Under the pieces are notes generated by a model. The model did no database searches, had not been told where the DNA came from, and saw nothing but the letters and a program-made list of their open reading frames with translations. Shown here piece by piece: positions 52,879 through 63,874 of a DNA stretch of 64,000 bases. How positions within the stretch are numbered: position 1 is the first letter of the stretch; each line of letters opens with the position of its first letter. This DNA is from Octopus vulgaris (lineage: Eukaryota): NCBI GenBank assembly GCA_951406725.2, contig OX597819.1, positions 114,018,001-114,082,000 on the forward strand, written 5' to 3'. The position numbers were made by a program, and so were the translations under genes.

Positions 52879-53210
52879 CCTTTCCTGAGCGTCCAATAAC
52901 ACTATACTTGTTCCACGTCCTCGCGTTATTGTGTTTTCTCTTTGTGTTTTCATATATATAGTTAATCCAAACATAAAAACACAACAACGCGAAGACGTGG
53001 AACAAGTATAGTATTATTGGACGCTCAAGAAAGGAAATATATATACAACGGGCTTCTTTCAGTTTCCGTCTACTAAATCCACTCACAAGGATTTGGTCGG
53101 CTCGAGGCTATAGTAGAAGACACTTGCTCAAGGTGCCACGCAGTAAGAGTGAACCCGGAACCATGTGGTTGTTAAGCAAGCTACTTAACACAGATCCACG
53201 CCTGCGCTTG
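52659..53210. repeat. compound palindrome: two inverted family A 5' halves around (TA)n and a ~65-bp-arm inverted repeat
   Basis: 52663-52830 is the reverse complement of 53047-53206; inner inverted repeat 52871-53045. Confidence 0.9.
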
Positions 53211-54064
53211 TTAATTTCCTTTGCTTGTGATAGATTACAGATCAACTTTATGTAGTGGAGATGTGAGATGAAATGGATTGGAATGAAATTGATAACTTGC
53301 CTAAAGCAATGGTGATTTGCTTGCCTTGGCATTCCTCTCGTAAAAGTCTGAAATGAGTGAGGTGGGTCTAAGTCAATAATTGGTGAGCCGTCAATAGCAT
53401 CAACAGGCTTAACAGCTTTAGATGTATTAGCTTGAAGAAAGAGCCGAATTTCAGTTGTTTATCTTTGTGATGCAGCTTCTGGATAATCAGTTCCTTTAAA
53501 GCTCTAAGATGTTGATAATATTGACCTCAAATTTTGGCTTAAAGCCAACAATTCCGGGTAAGGGGCTAAGTCGGATGCATCAATCCCAGTGTTCAACTGG
53601 AATATATTTTATCGACTTCGAAGGGACGAAAGGCAAAGTTGACCGCAGTGGAATTTGAACTCAGATCGTGCAGACGGACGAAATACCGCTAGGCATTTTG
53701 CCCAGCGCGCTAACGAATCTGCCAGCTCGCCGCTTTTAAGATGTTGATAACATTGCTGAGCAATCAGTTTCTGTTTACAAGTCAATATATGAAATGGCTT
53801 TAGGCGGCGAGCTGGCAGAATCGTTAGCACGCCGAGCGAAATGCGTAGCCGTATTTCGTCTGCCGTTACGTTCTGAGTTCAAATTCCACCGAGGTCGACT
53901 TTGCCTTTCATCCTTTCGGGGTCGATAAATTAAGTACCAGTTACGCACTGGAGTCGATGTAATCGACTTAATCCGTGTGTCTGTCCTTGTTTGCCCCCTC
54001 TGTGTTTAGCCCCTTATGGGTAGTAAAGAAATAGGAATAGGTATTTCGCCTGCCGCTACGTTCT

Positions 54065-54460
54065 GAAGAATTTCTGCAGCATCCTGTACAGGAAAAGTTC
54101 CCTGAAATGCTTCTGCAAACCAACATCGTAAATGAGTTCATGCTCTTGCAGATGACTGAGTTAAGACGGGCTGGGAATAGCAGACTATCGCATTACAAAG
54201 CAGCTCCTCTATGGTGAACACTGTCAGGGAAAGCGCGCTGTTGCGAGGACAAAGGAGCGGTTCAAGTGATGTCTGAAGCGTTTCTAAAATACCCACTCAA
54301 CCGCTACTGCTGGGAAGGAGCCCAATGCCAATTCATTCTATACATGCTCTACGTGTAGGAGAGAACTTCTGGCCTAGATAGGCCTCGTTATCCACCTTTC
54401 GATTCGCCAACCAGACATACAAGCCAATCCTGAGCCTTTGCTCACACGAAGGACGAACAA
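54065..54460 (+). mobile_element. decayed RTE (BovB-like) LINE 3' region
   Basis: LRRAG...YRITKQLLYGE...GKR...KERFK. Confidence 0.65.
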
Positions 54461-54540
54461 TATAAATATACAGATACACAAACAATGTGTACGTGACTAT
54501 GTGCGCGCGCATGCGTCTGAATGTGTATGAGTAGCTAGAT

Positions 54541-54744
54541 CAGTGGTTTTCAACCAGGGTTCCGCGGAACCTTAGGGTTCCGCCAATACAGTCCAGGGGT
54601 TCCGCAAGAAGTTACAAAACTGCTAAAATCGGCAGTAATTTTAAATTCTCCTGTGCAGACTATTAAATTATTGCACAGGGGTTCCTCGAGCCAGTGGAAT
54701 GTTTCCTTGGGGTTTCGCTCCAGCAAAAAGTTTGCAAAACACTG
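54541..54744. mobile_element. hAT MITE
   Basis: Exact 8-bp TSD agctagat. Confidence 0.9.
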
Positions 54745-55240
54745 AGCTAGATAGATGGATAAAAAAACTTTTTCAAGAGGCAGATCAAAATACATCTCGA
54801 CGTAAATATTTCTTTTTGTTTTTGTGATGAAGATACTGTACACTATTAAAAAAAAATATTGCTATTACTAATGTTAAAGATCCGTGAACACGTAATAAAT
54901 TTACACAAATAGAAAACAGATTGAGAAGAGAATATCGAAGCTAATTACAGGCAGAATATGCATAGGACACAAAGCACCGAATTTCTGGGACACGAAAATA
55001 AATTCCATCTGCTTGTGGGACAGATAGTGAAGCGTCGATAAAAAGACCAATTGCAATAATGTAAATGAATGGAGGTGATTCCAAAGATAAGGAGAAATAA
55101 CTATGAGAATAATTCATATATTCAGTCATTTAATTAGGTTACGAAGAATATGCTGATCACGAATCCAAAGAAATTCGAAAATATAGCAACGTAAAAACAG
55201 CAACCCAGATTATGGTGTGTAACAAGAATGAATGCATATA

Positions 55241-55845
55241 AAGGCGGCGAGTCGGCAGAAACGTTAACACGCCGGGCGAAATGCTAAGAGGTATTTCGTC
55301 TGTCGCTACGTTCTGAGTTCAAATTCCACCGAGGTCGACTTTGCCTTTCATCATTTCGGGGTCGATAAATTAAGTACCAGTTACGCACTGGGGTCGATGT
55401 AATTGACTTAATACCTATGTCTGTCCTTGTTTGTCCCCTCTGTGTTTAGCCCCTTGTGGGTAATAAAGAAATAGAAATAGGTATTTCGTCTGCCGCTACG
55501 TTCTGAGTTCAAATTCCACCGAGGTCGACTTTGCTTTTCATCCTTTCGGGGTCGATTAAATAAGTACCAGTTACGCATTGGGGTCGATGTAATCGACTTA
55601 ATCCGTCTGTCTGTTCTTGTTTGTCCCGTCTGTGTTTAGCCCCTTGTGGGTAGTAAAGAAATAGGTATTTCGTCTGCCGTTACATTCTCAGTTCAAATTC
55701 CACCAAGGTCGACTCTGCCTTTCATCCTTTCGGAGTCGGTAAATAAGTACCAGTTACGCATTGGGGTCGATGTAATCGACTTAATCCCTTTGTCTGTCCT
55801 TGTTTGTCCCCTCTATGTTTAGCTCCTTGTGGGCAATAAAGAAAT
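55241..55845 (+). mobile_element. SINE family C trimer
   Basis: One head plus three ~185-bp units; 17-bp TSD aagaatgaatgcatata. Confidence 0.9.
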
Positions 55846-55939
55846 AAGAATGAATGCATATACAAGAAATGGACAAGCGTCGGCTCGCGGGGCTTTCAAA
55901 ATATCGTACTTAACAATAAATAACCTTGAATTTTTGGTT

Positions 55940-57249
55940 AACCTCCAGTGTTTGACCCGAGCAAAAAAATGAAAAATATAATAGTGTAATAGGTGTAAAA
56001 CAACATATAGTAAACGAATATGAAAAAAAAATGCGCGCTGGCGAACGGGAGAGGTGGGGAGACGACTCGGAAAATTCACATCGCGAGTGTTCCAAGTCCT
56101 CTCACCTCTTCCCCGTTCATCGGTGCAATCTTTTTCTTCATATTCGATTACTACACATTATTTTATACCTGTGGATGCACATGGCCTAGTGGTTAGAGCG
56201 GCGGATTCGCGGTCGAGTGATTGCGAGTTCGAATCTCAGACCGGGCGATGTATGTGTTTATGAGCGAAACACCTAAGCTCCACGCAGCTCCGGCAGAAGG
56301 TAATGGCAAACTTCTTCTGACTCTTTCGCCACAACTTTCTCCCACTCTTTCCTCTTGCAGCTCACCTGCGACGAACCGGTGTCCCGTCCAGGTGGGGAAC
56401 CTATACGCCAAGGAAACCGGGAAACCAGCCCTTATGAGCCAGACATGGCTCGAGAAGGAACAAACAATTTTACACCTAGCACACTATTTTTTTTTTTCAA
56501 TTTTTGTGACGTGGGGTTGGTGGGTAATTCACACGATCCAGTAACTCGACTTCGACACCCGGCCACAAAAAAAAAAAAAGAAAGAAAAAGTACAATAGGT
56601 GTAAAATAAAGTGTACTAAACGATTATGAAAAAAAAAAAATGTGCGCTAGCGAACAGGGGGTGAGGGTGAGGACAGGACTCGGAACACACGATCAAACTC
56701 AGAGGATCCGAAAACTCAACGTTAACACCCGGTCACAAAAATGAAAATACACTCTTCTCGTTTCTTAACCATCTCTGTCGCATGTCCATATTCAAGAAAT
56801 GGACTACGCACAGAGTATAGATTCTTATTTCTATAACCTCACTCTATTTTAGTAAATTTTTTCTCGTAACAATTTAAAGGAATGTTAAAGATAATTTATT
56901 TCAATAACATTGAACTGCCTGTATAAAGAATTTTTAAAAAATGAAAAACAGTTGAAAGTTTTGTAATTAGGGGCAGGGTAAGGGTAAATATTTAAAAGAA
57001 TTTGCAGCGTGTAAGATGTTTGTAAGCAATTCCAGAACAACAAAAAACGTTACTTTCACTGCAACATTTAGATTTCATTTGTGTCTAAATATCTTCATTC
57101 TTTGAAACGACGAAAAAACCCTGACAAAAATTCGTGCTGCATCTGTTTTGTCAGAGAACAAGTCTCGGTTTCAAAGCGACGAAAATATTGAGATTGAAAT
57201 GAAATTTAAATGTTGCAGAGAAACTAACGCTGTGTGTGTGTGTGTGTGC

Positions 57250-57344
<95 letters not shown>

Positions 57345-57993
57345 TGTGCGTGTGTGTATGTGTGTGTGTGTACGCGCGTGCGTTCTTGAATGGCTTACAA
57401 ATATCTACACTGCAATTGTTTCTGTTAATACCATTACGTAGAAGACAGAATCGAAAAAATTTTGCGCGCAAATATTTGTTTTCATCTTCGTTTATAGCAT
57501 AGATAATTTTCCCTCTGAAATGCTACCTTCGGCCTCCAGGACGCATTGGTCGACCCGAGGCTATAGTTGAAGACACTTGCTGGCGAACAGGGAGTGTGGG
57601 AGGACCAGGACAATTCACACGATCTGATTTTTTCCCTCAAGAAAATGGATATTCTTCCCAACCACACGGTTCCGGGATCAGTCCTACTGCATGGTACCTT
57701 GGGCAAGTGAATTTTCCGAGTCTTCTCCCCCCCACCCCGTTCACCAGCGCGCATTTTTTCTTCATATTCGCTTACTACAATTTGTTTTACAAATATTACA
57801 CTATTTTTTTTTCATTTTTGTGACCTGGTGTTAACGTTGAGTTTTCAGATCGTGTGAATTTTCCGAGTCGTCTCTCCCACCTTCCCGTTCGCCAGCGTGC
57901 AATTTTTTTTTTCATATTCGTTTACTACATGTTGTTTTACACCTATTACACTATTTTCCCCCATTTTTCTGCTTGGGTCAAACACTGGAGGTT
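55940..57993. mobile_element. ~2-kb foldback-like element with ~150-bp TIRs and internal modular repeats
   Basis: aacctccagtgtttgaccc...gggtcaaacactggaggtt; TIR modules recur at 56100, 56470-56740 and 57580-57850; contains SINE B (56171-56468) and (GT)n. Confidence 0.7.
57231..57380. repeat. (GT)n microsatellite
   Basis: Directly visible. Confidence 0.95.
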
Positions 57994-58904
57994 TTATTTA
58001 TTTATTTATTATTTTTTTTTTTTTTGGTAGTACGGCCCACCTCGTGATGAACCATGTTTAATGTACCTCGCTTTTCGAAAATAGTTGCTCATGTTTGGCA
58101 TATACAAAATAACAGGGTTTAAGCTATGAAAATATGTAAAAGTATCAGTTGATAATGCATACAAAATTAACGGAAAATTGTAGCACTTCATATTCACAAA
58201 AATGTACATAGTAAAACAAATGCGAAAAAGACCTGTTTCTCACAAAATGGAGGCTCTTCTGGGAAGGCGGGTGTAAGGATTGAAAAGGAGAAATAAAACT
58301 GCCATGTTTAAATAAATTCAGGTTTAAAACTTCTTAAACTTGTCCAACACCATAGAGAATAAAGAGTTAAATTATGGATGTAAAACCAGTTGTCTTTTCA
58401 TTAATAAAGATCGTGTGTGTCGTGTGTATATGGCGCGCGGACGGTATTTGTCAGTTTGAGAACCACTCAGTTAGACAATACATAAAACAACATAAAGTCT
58501 TTTGTGCTTTGTCATAACGAATGTATAGCAATATATATGCTTATTTGAGAGAACATTTTACTCTCTTGAACCAATCGCCATCGTGCATGAGTGAGATTAT
58601 AGTTGTGGTGAGAAAATTCGGAAGACAGTAAGAAAGTGTGTATGAGAGAATGTCTTCTTTCGCGAGGTCTGGTATAGGATATTTCGACACCCTCTGCTTA
58701 CCTACTCAGTCACATATTTAGTCTGTACCGTCTGGAGTAACCTTGAGTTTGCCGCTCCACAGCTCCTTTCATACTCTATATAGCTTATACAACATTACAG
58801 TTTATAAAGTGCCGCCCTGCAAAAGGGACACTCGGGGCGGGGGACCGTCCTGCCCATCCGCCAGCAACAAATAGCTCTAGCTTTTATCCAACAAATAACT
58901 ATAT

Positions 58905-59124
58905 ACTCTCCTTTACTCTTTTACTCTTTTACTTGTTTCAGTCATTTGACTGCGGCCATGCTGGAGCACCGCCTTTAGTCGAGCAAATCGACACCATGAC
59001 TTATTCTTTGTAAGCCTAGTACTTATTCTATCGGTCTCTTTTGCTGAACCGCTAAGTTACGGGGACGTAAACACACCAGCATCGGTTGTCAAACGATATT
59101 GGGGGGACAAACACAGACACACAA

Positions 59125-59210
<86 letters not shown>

Positions 59211-59352
59211 CCGTCTAACAAATCCACTCACAAGGCTTTGGTCGGCCCGAGGCTATAGCAGAAGACACTTGCCCAACGTGCCACGCAGTGGGTTTGAACC
59301 CAGAACCATGTGGTTGGTAAGGAAGCTACTTACCACACAACCACTCCTGCAC
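58905..59352 (-). mobile_element. SINE family A with (CA)n(TA)n
   Basis: Family match; (AAAAGAGT)n tail. Confidence 0.9.
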
Positions 59353-59689
59353 CTTTATCTTTTTATAAATTTTACCCTGCTGCAATAGGAGTGTTTTGAG
59401 ACAAATGAACGCACCAAAAGCGAAAACGATTTTATTGGCTAAAAATAGCAAATCACTTGTGTCTGAATGTTCGCTGCCACGTTTGTTAACACGAGATCGT
59501 ATGACCAATAATATTCAATACTGTAAATGTACATAAATCTCTTCCAAGATTCTGTACCAAAATTTGACGAGAGGGACATAAAATTACGTAGTCAAAAACC
59601 ATCACTGGATGAAGTCAGTGTCTGAGGCGTATCATAAAAGTTGTGCCTTGTGTGTTTATTTTTTTTTTATCGTTAAATGCACTCATTCC

Positions 59690-59690
59690 A

Positions 59691-59731
<41 letters not shown>

Positions 59732-59969
59732 CTGATTGATTCATTGATTAATAGACAGATTGATAGATAGATAAACAGGCAGACAGACAGACAGACAAAT
59801 AGACAGATAGATAGATATATAGATAGATCGGCAGACACACAGACAGACACACAGACAGACACATACACACATAATACATACGTACGTACGTATGTACGTA
59901 CGTGCGTACTTACGTACGTACGTATGTACAAATCTACGTACGTGCGTACTTACTTACATACGTACATAC
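59690..59969. repeat. compound microsatellite (GATT)n-(GATA/GACA)n-(TACG)n
   Basis: Directly visible; abuts the LTR. Confidence 0.9.
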
Positions 59970-60270
59970 TGTAGTGAGTGCGCGATTTGAATATAGAGGC
60001 ACCTACCTTCTCTTCGTAGTGACGGAGACCCTCCAGAGATGACTAGTCCTTCCTCACAGCCCCGACCCGAACACTGACGATAGCAGCTGCTAGCCCAAAT
60101 CCTTAGCGACGTCCTCGCACGTCTTGTCACTTGCACGACCCACGTTGGAAAAGGCGATTTCCGCTCCCTGCGCACGCCTGACAGCTGACCCCTTCCGCTT
60201 GCCCCGCTTCTGGTCAACGCACCCGGCTGCTGACGTCATCCCACACGCCACCCTGATCTTAAAGATCACA
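59970..60270 (-). repeat. 3' LTR (301 bp, TGT...ACA)
   Basis: First 126 nt identical to 63875-64000; other end set by TGT next to the PPT. Confidence 0.85.
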
Positions 60271-60283
60271 ATCTCTCCGCTCC
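60271..60283 (-). promoter_or_regulatory. polypurine tract
   Basis: Minus strand GGAGCGGAGAGAT immediately before the 3' LTR. Confidence 0.75.
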
Positions 60284-63069
60284 ATGTTGTAGTCTACCAT
60301 CCAACCGGGAGAGCGCCTTGCTCATCGAGATCTTCTCAAGCTGGGCTCCTCATTCTCCCCCTCTCCAGAATCATCGTCCGTCGAAGCAACAATCCTGCGA
60401 AGGTCCAAGACGTGTCGTGGTGTTCCATCTACGGATACGTTGCTTCTGGAATTGATCGCCGTCACCGTTCCTCTGCTCCATTGAGACGTACAGCGCGCCT
60501 TTGGTGGCTTGACCCAGACTTCCTCCCCTATTTTCACGCGAACGGGTGCCTTCTCTTCCTCGTGACCCTCCGGCGCTTTGCTCGGGTGCCTCCATTCATA
60601 TTTGAACACAGCTCTCTGCGGCACAGATTCCTCAGCTTGTCCGGATCGGGGAGACAAGTTGTACCAAAAACTGCTTCAAGCGGCGAAATGTGCCCTGTTT
60701 CCGCTATGGCCTTGACTGTCCGATGGTGCCTCTCCACGATCCCGTTACCGCCCGGCCTATACGCTGCTCTGAACAAGCGTCGCACATTCCACCGATCAAG
60801 CATAACCCTCAATGCTTCCGAACGAAACGCCGCCCCGTTGTCCATTAGTAGTTCTTCCACGGGACCTCTCTCTAAAAATATCCTGTTCAGGATCTGCACG
60901 ATCTAGTCACCAATGCCCGATCTCAACTCCCTCCAAATGGCCAGCCGGCCCGGCCCACAGTCGACCATGGAGAGGTACATTCGCTGGAAGTATTGTGTCA
61001 CATCCACAGCTAGCCTTTTCCAGTTCTGTTCCACGGAAAGGCTTCCCTGTTCATGCCTACACGGAGCAGGGTCGATGGACTGACACCTGTCGCAGCTCCC
61101 GACCACCTTCCGGACGCTTCTCCTAGTGACGTCAGCATCAATTTTTTTTTGCCAGATACAGGGTCCTGTCCACACCCAGGTGATGCATAGCGTGCAGTTT
61201 CTTCAGTTCAGAGTCATCCAACCGACACGGCGCAGCTATCCCTTTCCGGGCCTCCTCCGGTTCTTCCAACCACGCCCTTTTCACCCTGGTCAGTACGTCC
61301 GCCCTGTTTTTCTCCGAAGGCACGAAAACCACGTTCAGCTTCAGTCCGAATTCGGCGATCAATTCACCTAGAACTCCTAGACGGCGCTTCACTAACATCT
61401 TCGCAGCACCTTTCGTCCGCACTCTCCTGTCACCGGTGATCACCGATCCTACCCAGCCAAGCACAGTGGCCGAATCCGTCCGCATTTCAATCGTGCGCAG
61501 CCCCCATTTCAAGGCCAAGTTCACTCCTTTCAGCAGCGCGTCTAATTCGGCGACATTGATGTGGTTGAAATCATCTGCTTTCCGAAGCCAGGCCGCGTCC
61601 TCCACCGCAGTGCCTTCGATTGCCAACACCACCCCTATCGCTATACTGCTAGCATCACACCAGACGGTCCCGCATTTCGTCTTGGGCACGTACCAGTTCC
61701 CCCTGACCGGGTCTTCCGCTCTTGTCCTCTCTAGATCTCCTGCATCATCGCCACCGTCCCTTCTCCCACCTTGTCGCCCCACCTCTCTCCTTCTGCTCGT
61801 CTCTTGGTGTAACTACACGCCGTGCGCAGCCATCCAGCGATCGGGTAGTGACCGACCAACTTCCCACACACCGAGAACAGCTCTCTCCTGCTGACGCTGG
61901 AACTCAGCTCTGGGATTTCATTTCCTCTCCGGAACACCAATTCACCTGATCCATCTCTTCGCAGCTTCAGCCCCAGCGCGGCTCCCCCTTCAATCGACTC
62001 CGGTGGCTTAGCAATCAGTCCGAACTTCTCCAGATGTCTAACTACCTCGTCGGCTGGCACTACAGTTTCGTCCACCAAAATGTCGTCAATGTAGGAGCTG
62101 GTGGCCTTTCTAATCTTGCCGTCTTTCCCTAGGACGGACCTAAGCACTGCCGCCATGATCTTCGGAGCGGAATTCAGCCCGAAACCCAGCCTGGTTAGAC
62201 AGTACGTCCGGCCCTTGTACTGCACCAGCTGATATCGCCACAGTTTGTCGCTCACATGGAGCTGCAAGTATGCCGATCTCAAGTCGACAATCGTCGCTGC
62301 CTCAGTCGACTGTCTCCACTTACGTAATGCCTCACCACAAACGTCTGTCGCCTCACCTCTCGTGTGACACGATATGTGCTGGTTTAGCTCCCTGAAGTCC
62401 AGCACCGGTCTGACTTTTCCCTTCGTAGGCTGCACCACCGCCATCAGGGGTAGCACTCCGCCCGCTACCTCCTCCTTCCAAGGGACAAGGACCCCTTCCT
62501 CGATCCACCTCTCCACCTCGTCTTCAAACTCGACCCTGGCGTGGCCTTTCAGGGTATGCTGGTAACAGCTCACCCTGTTCTCCAGCGTCGGGGGCTCGTC
62601 CTTCCATCGCCACTCTATCGTCCACCGCTGACCATCGAACGCCGCCTGAAAGTCTTTGTCCTCGATGGTGTAAGCGGCGCAGTCCCTCGCGGGGCTCTGC
62701 TCTCTCTGGCGATCCTGACTCGCAGTGCACGACGCCCCCACGCTTCCGAACGTGACCTCATTTCCCACAACACTGACGCCACCGAGGCAGTTGATGGCGT
62801 CCATCCCCATCACCACATCAACTCCATCTATCACGCGTTCGGCCACAATTGCCTGCAGCCTCAGCGTCGCGCCGCGCACCACTATCTCTACCTTGCTGCT
62901 GCCTCTGCAACGGATTTCGCTGCCGTCGACCGCCCGGACACTACTCACCCCGTTCCATTCCTTCGTCACCCTCGAAGTCACCAGGGTGGTCGTACAGCCC
63001 GTATCCACAAGGGCCTTGAACGTCTCCCCCTCGGCCTCCACGTCAATCAATGGCAGCGTCTCCAATAAC

Positions 63070-63128
63070 GCCTCTACTCGTTTGAGGGGAAAGTTCGAGA
63101 GGCAGCAACTTCCCCGCGGTCGTTTCCC
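63070..63128 (-). promoter_or_regulatory. -1 ribosomal frameshift signal (slippery site plus pseudoknot)
   Basis: G GGA AAC in the gag frame, 6-nt spacer, S1 GGGGAAGUU/AACUUUCCCC, S2 GCCUCU/AGAGGC; pol is in the -1 frame. Confidence 0.8.
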
Positions 63129-63830
63129 TGGTCGCAATCACGGGCAATGTGCCCTGTCTGCCTGCATCGATAGCAAACGGGCGCCGGCTGCGTACAGTCC
63201 CGCGCCATGTGCGGTCCCTGGCATCTAAAACACCGTCCTGAGAACGGCCGCTCTCGTTGCACGGTGAGCTTCTGTACCTCTTTCTCGGGACGTCGTCCGT
63301 CTTTACGCGCCTCCGTCACCGCTATCGCTATCGCCTTCCGCCCAGAGTGTCTCGTCAACGTGCGAGCCTGAGCTACAAGTTCGCTCAATGGCATCTTTTT
63401 AACCCCGGGCAGTCGTTGTAGGTGAATCCCTACATCGTCGGGGAACCCATTCACGAACGCCAGTCGGGCTGCTCTCTCCAGTCCTTCTCCGGCAAACCCG
63501 GCCAGAGTCGCTAGCCTTATAGCTTCTGATGCAAAGTCGTCCACTTGGCCTCCCATCCACCTGATTGCACCTAGCTTAGCGAAAGCTGTGTACTCGCATT
63601 CCGTGTATGCGTCACACAAGCGTCGCTCTATATTCTCATCGCTGAGCCGTTCCTCTTCATCCATCTCTAGGTAGAGCGTCAACGCGCTGCCTTCCAAATA
63701 CAGCGCCATAAGACTCGCTTGTGCCCTGCAGTCTCGCCACCAGCCTGATTTTGCGAATCCAGGCCACTACATCGCCTTTGCCGTTAAAAGGTCTGACGAC
63801 GTCACTGGCGATCCTAATTTTTGCAGACAT
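63074..63830 (-). pseudogene. gag: gag (one frameshift near 63720)
   Basis: ATG 63830 MSAKIRIASDVVRPFNGKGDVVAW..., continues MALYLEG...; knuckles CFRCQGPHMARDC and CYRCRQTGHIARDC. Confidence 0.9.
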
Positions 63831-63862
63831 CGTGTTGAAAAAAATGTGAATGTTTAAGAACG

Positions 63863-63874
63863 GCCGAAATAGCT
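63863..63874 (-). promoter_or_regulatory. primer-binding site complementary to tRNA-Phe nt 1-12
   Basis: + strand GCCGAAATAGCT directly abuts the 5' LTR and equals the 5' end of metazoan tRNA-Phe(GAA). Confidence 0.75.

Larger units (their letters stand above)
60259..63128 (-). pseudogene. pol: pol polyprotein (PR, RT, RNase H, integrase), disrupted
   Basis: LVDTGC; VLDFRELN, DLRSAY, LGFGL, YIDD; WCDAS, HINVAELDA, TDS, NRAD; H..HH/CDRC, AVD, MDNG, GIVER; frameshifts ~61733, ~61145, ~60665; stops at 60903 and 60322. Confidence 0.93.

Noticed and set aside
60124-63228. Plus-strand ORFs of 150-260 aa
   Set aside because: Antisense shadows of the GC-rich pol with no recognisable motifs
63857-63874. 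Tf1-like self-priming as the explanation for the non-TGG PBS
   Set aside because: No complement of the PBS found in the 301-bp LTR; the tRNA-Phe 5' match is exact
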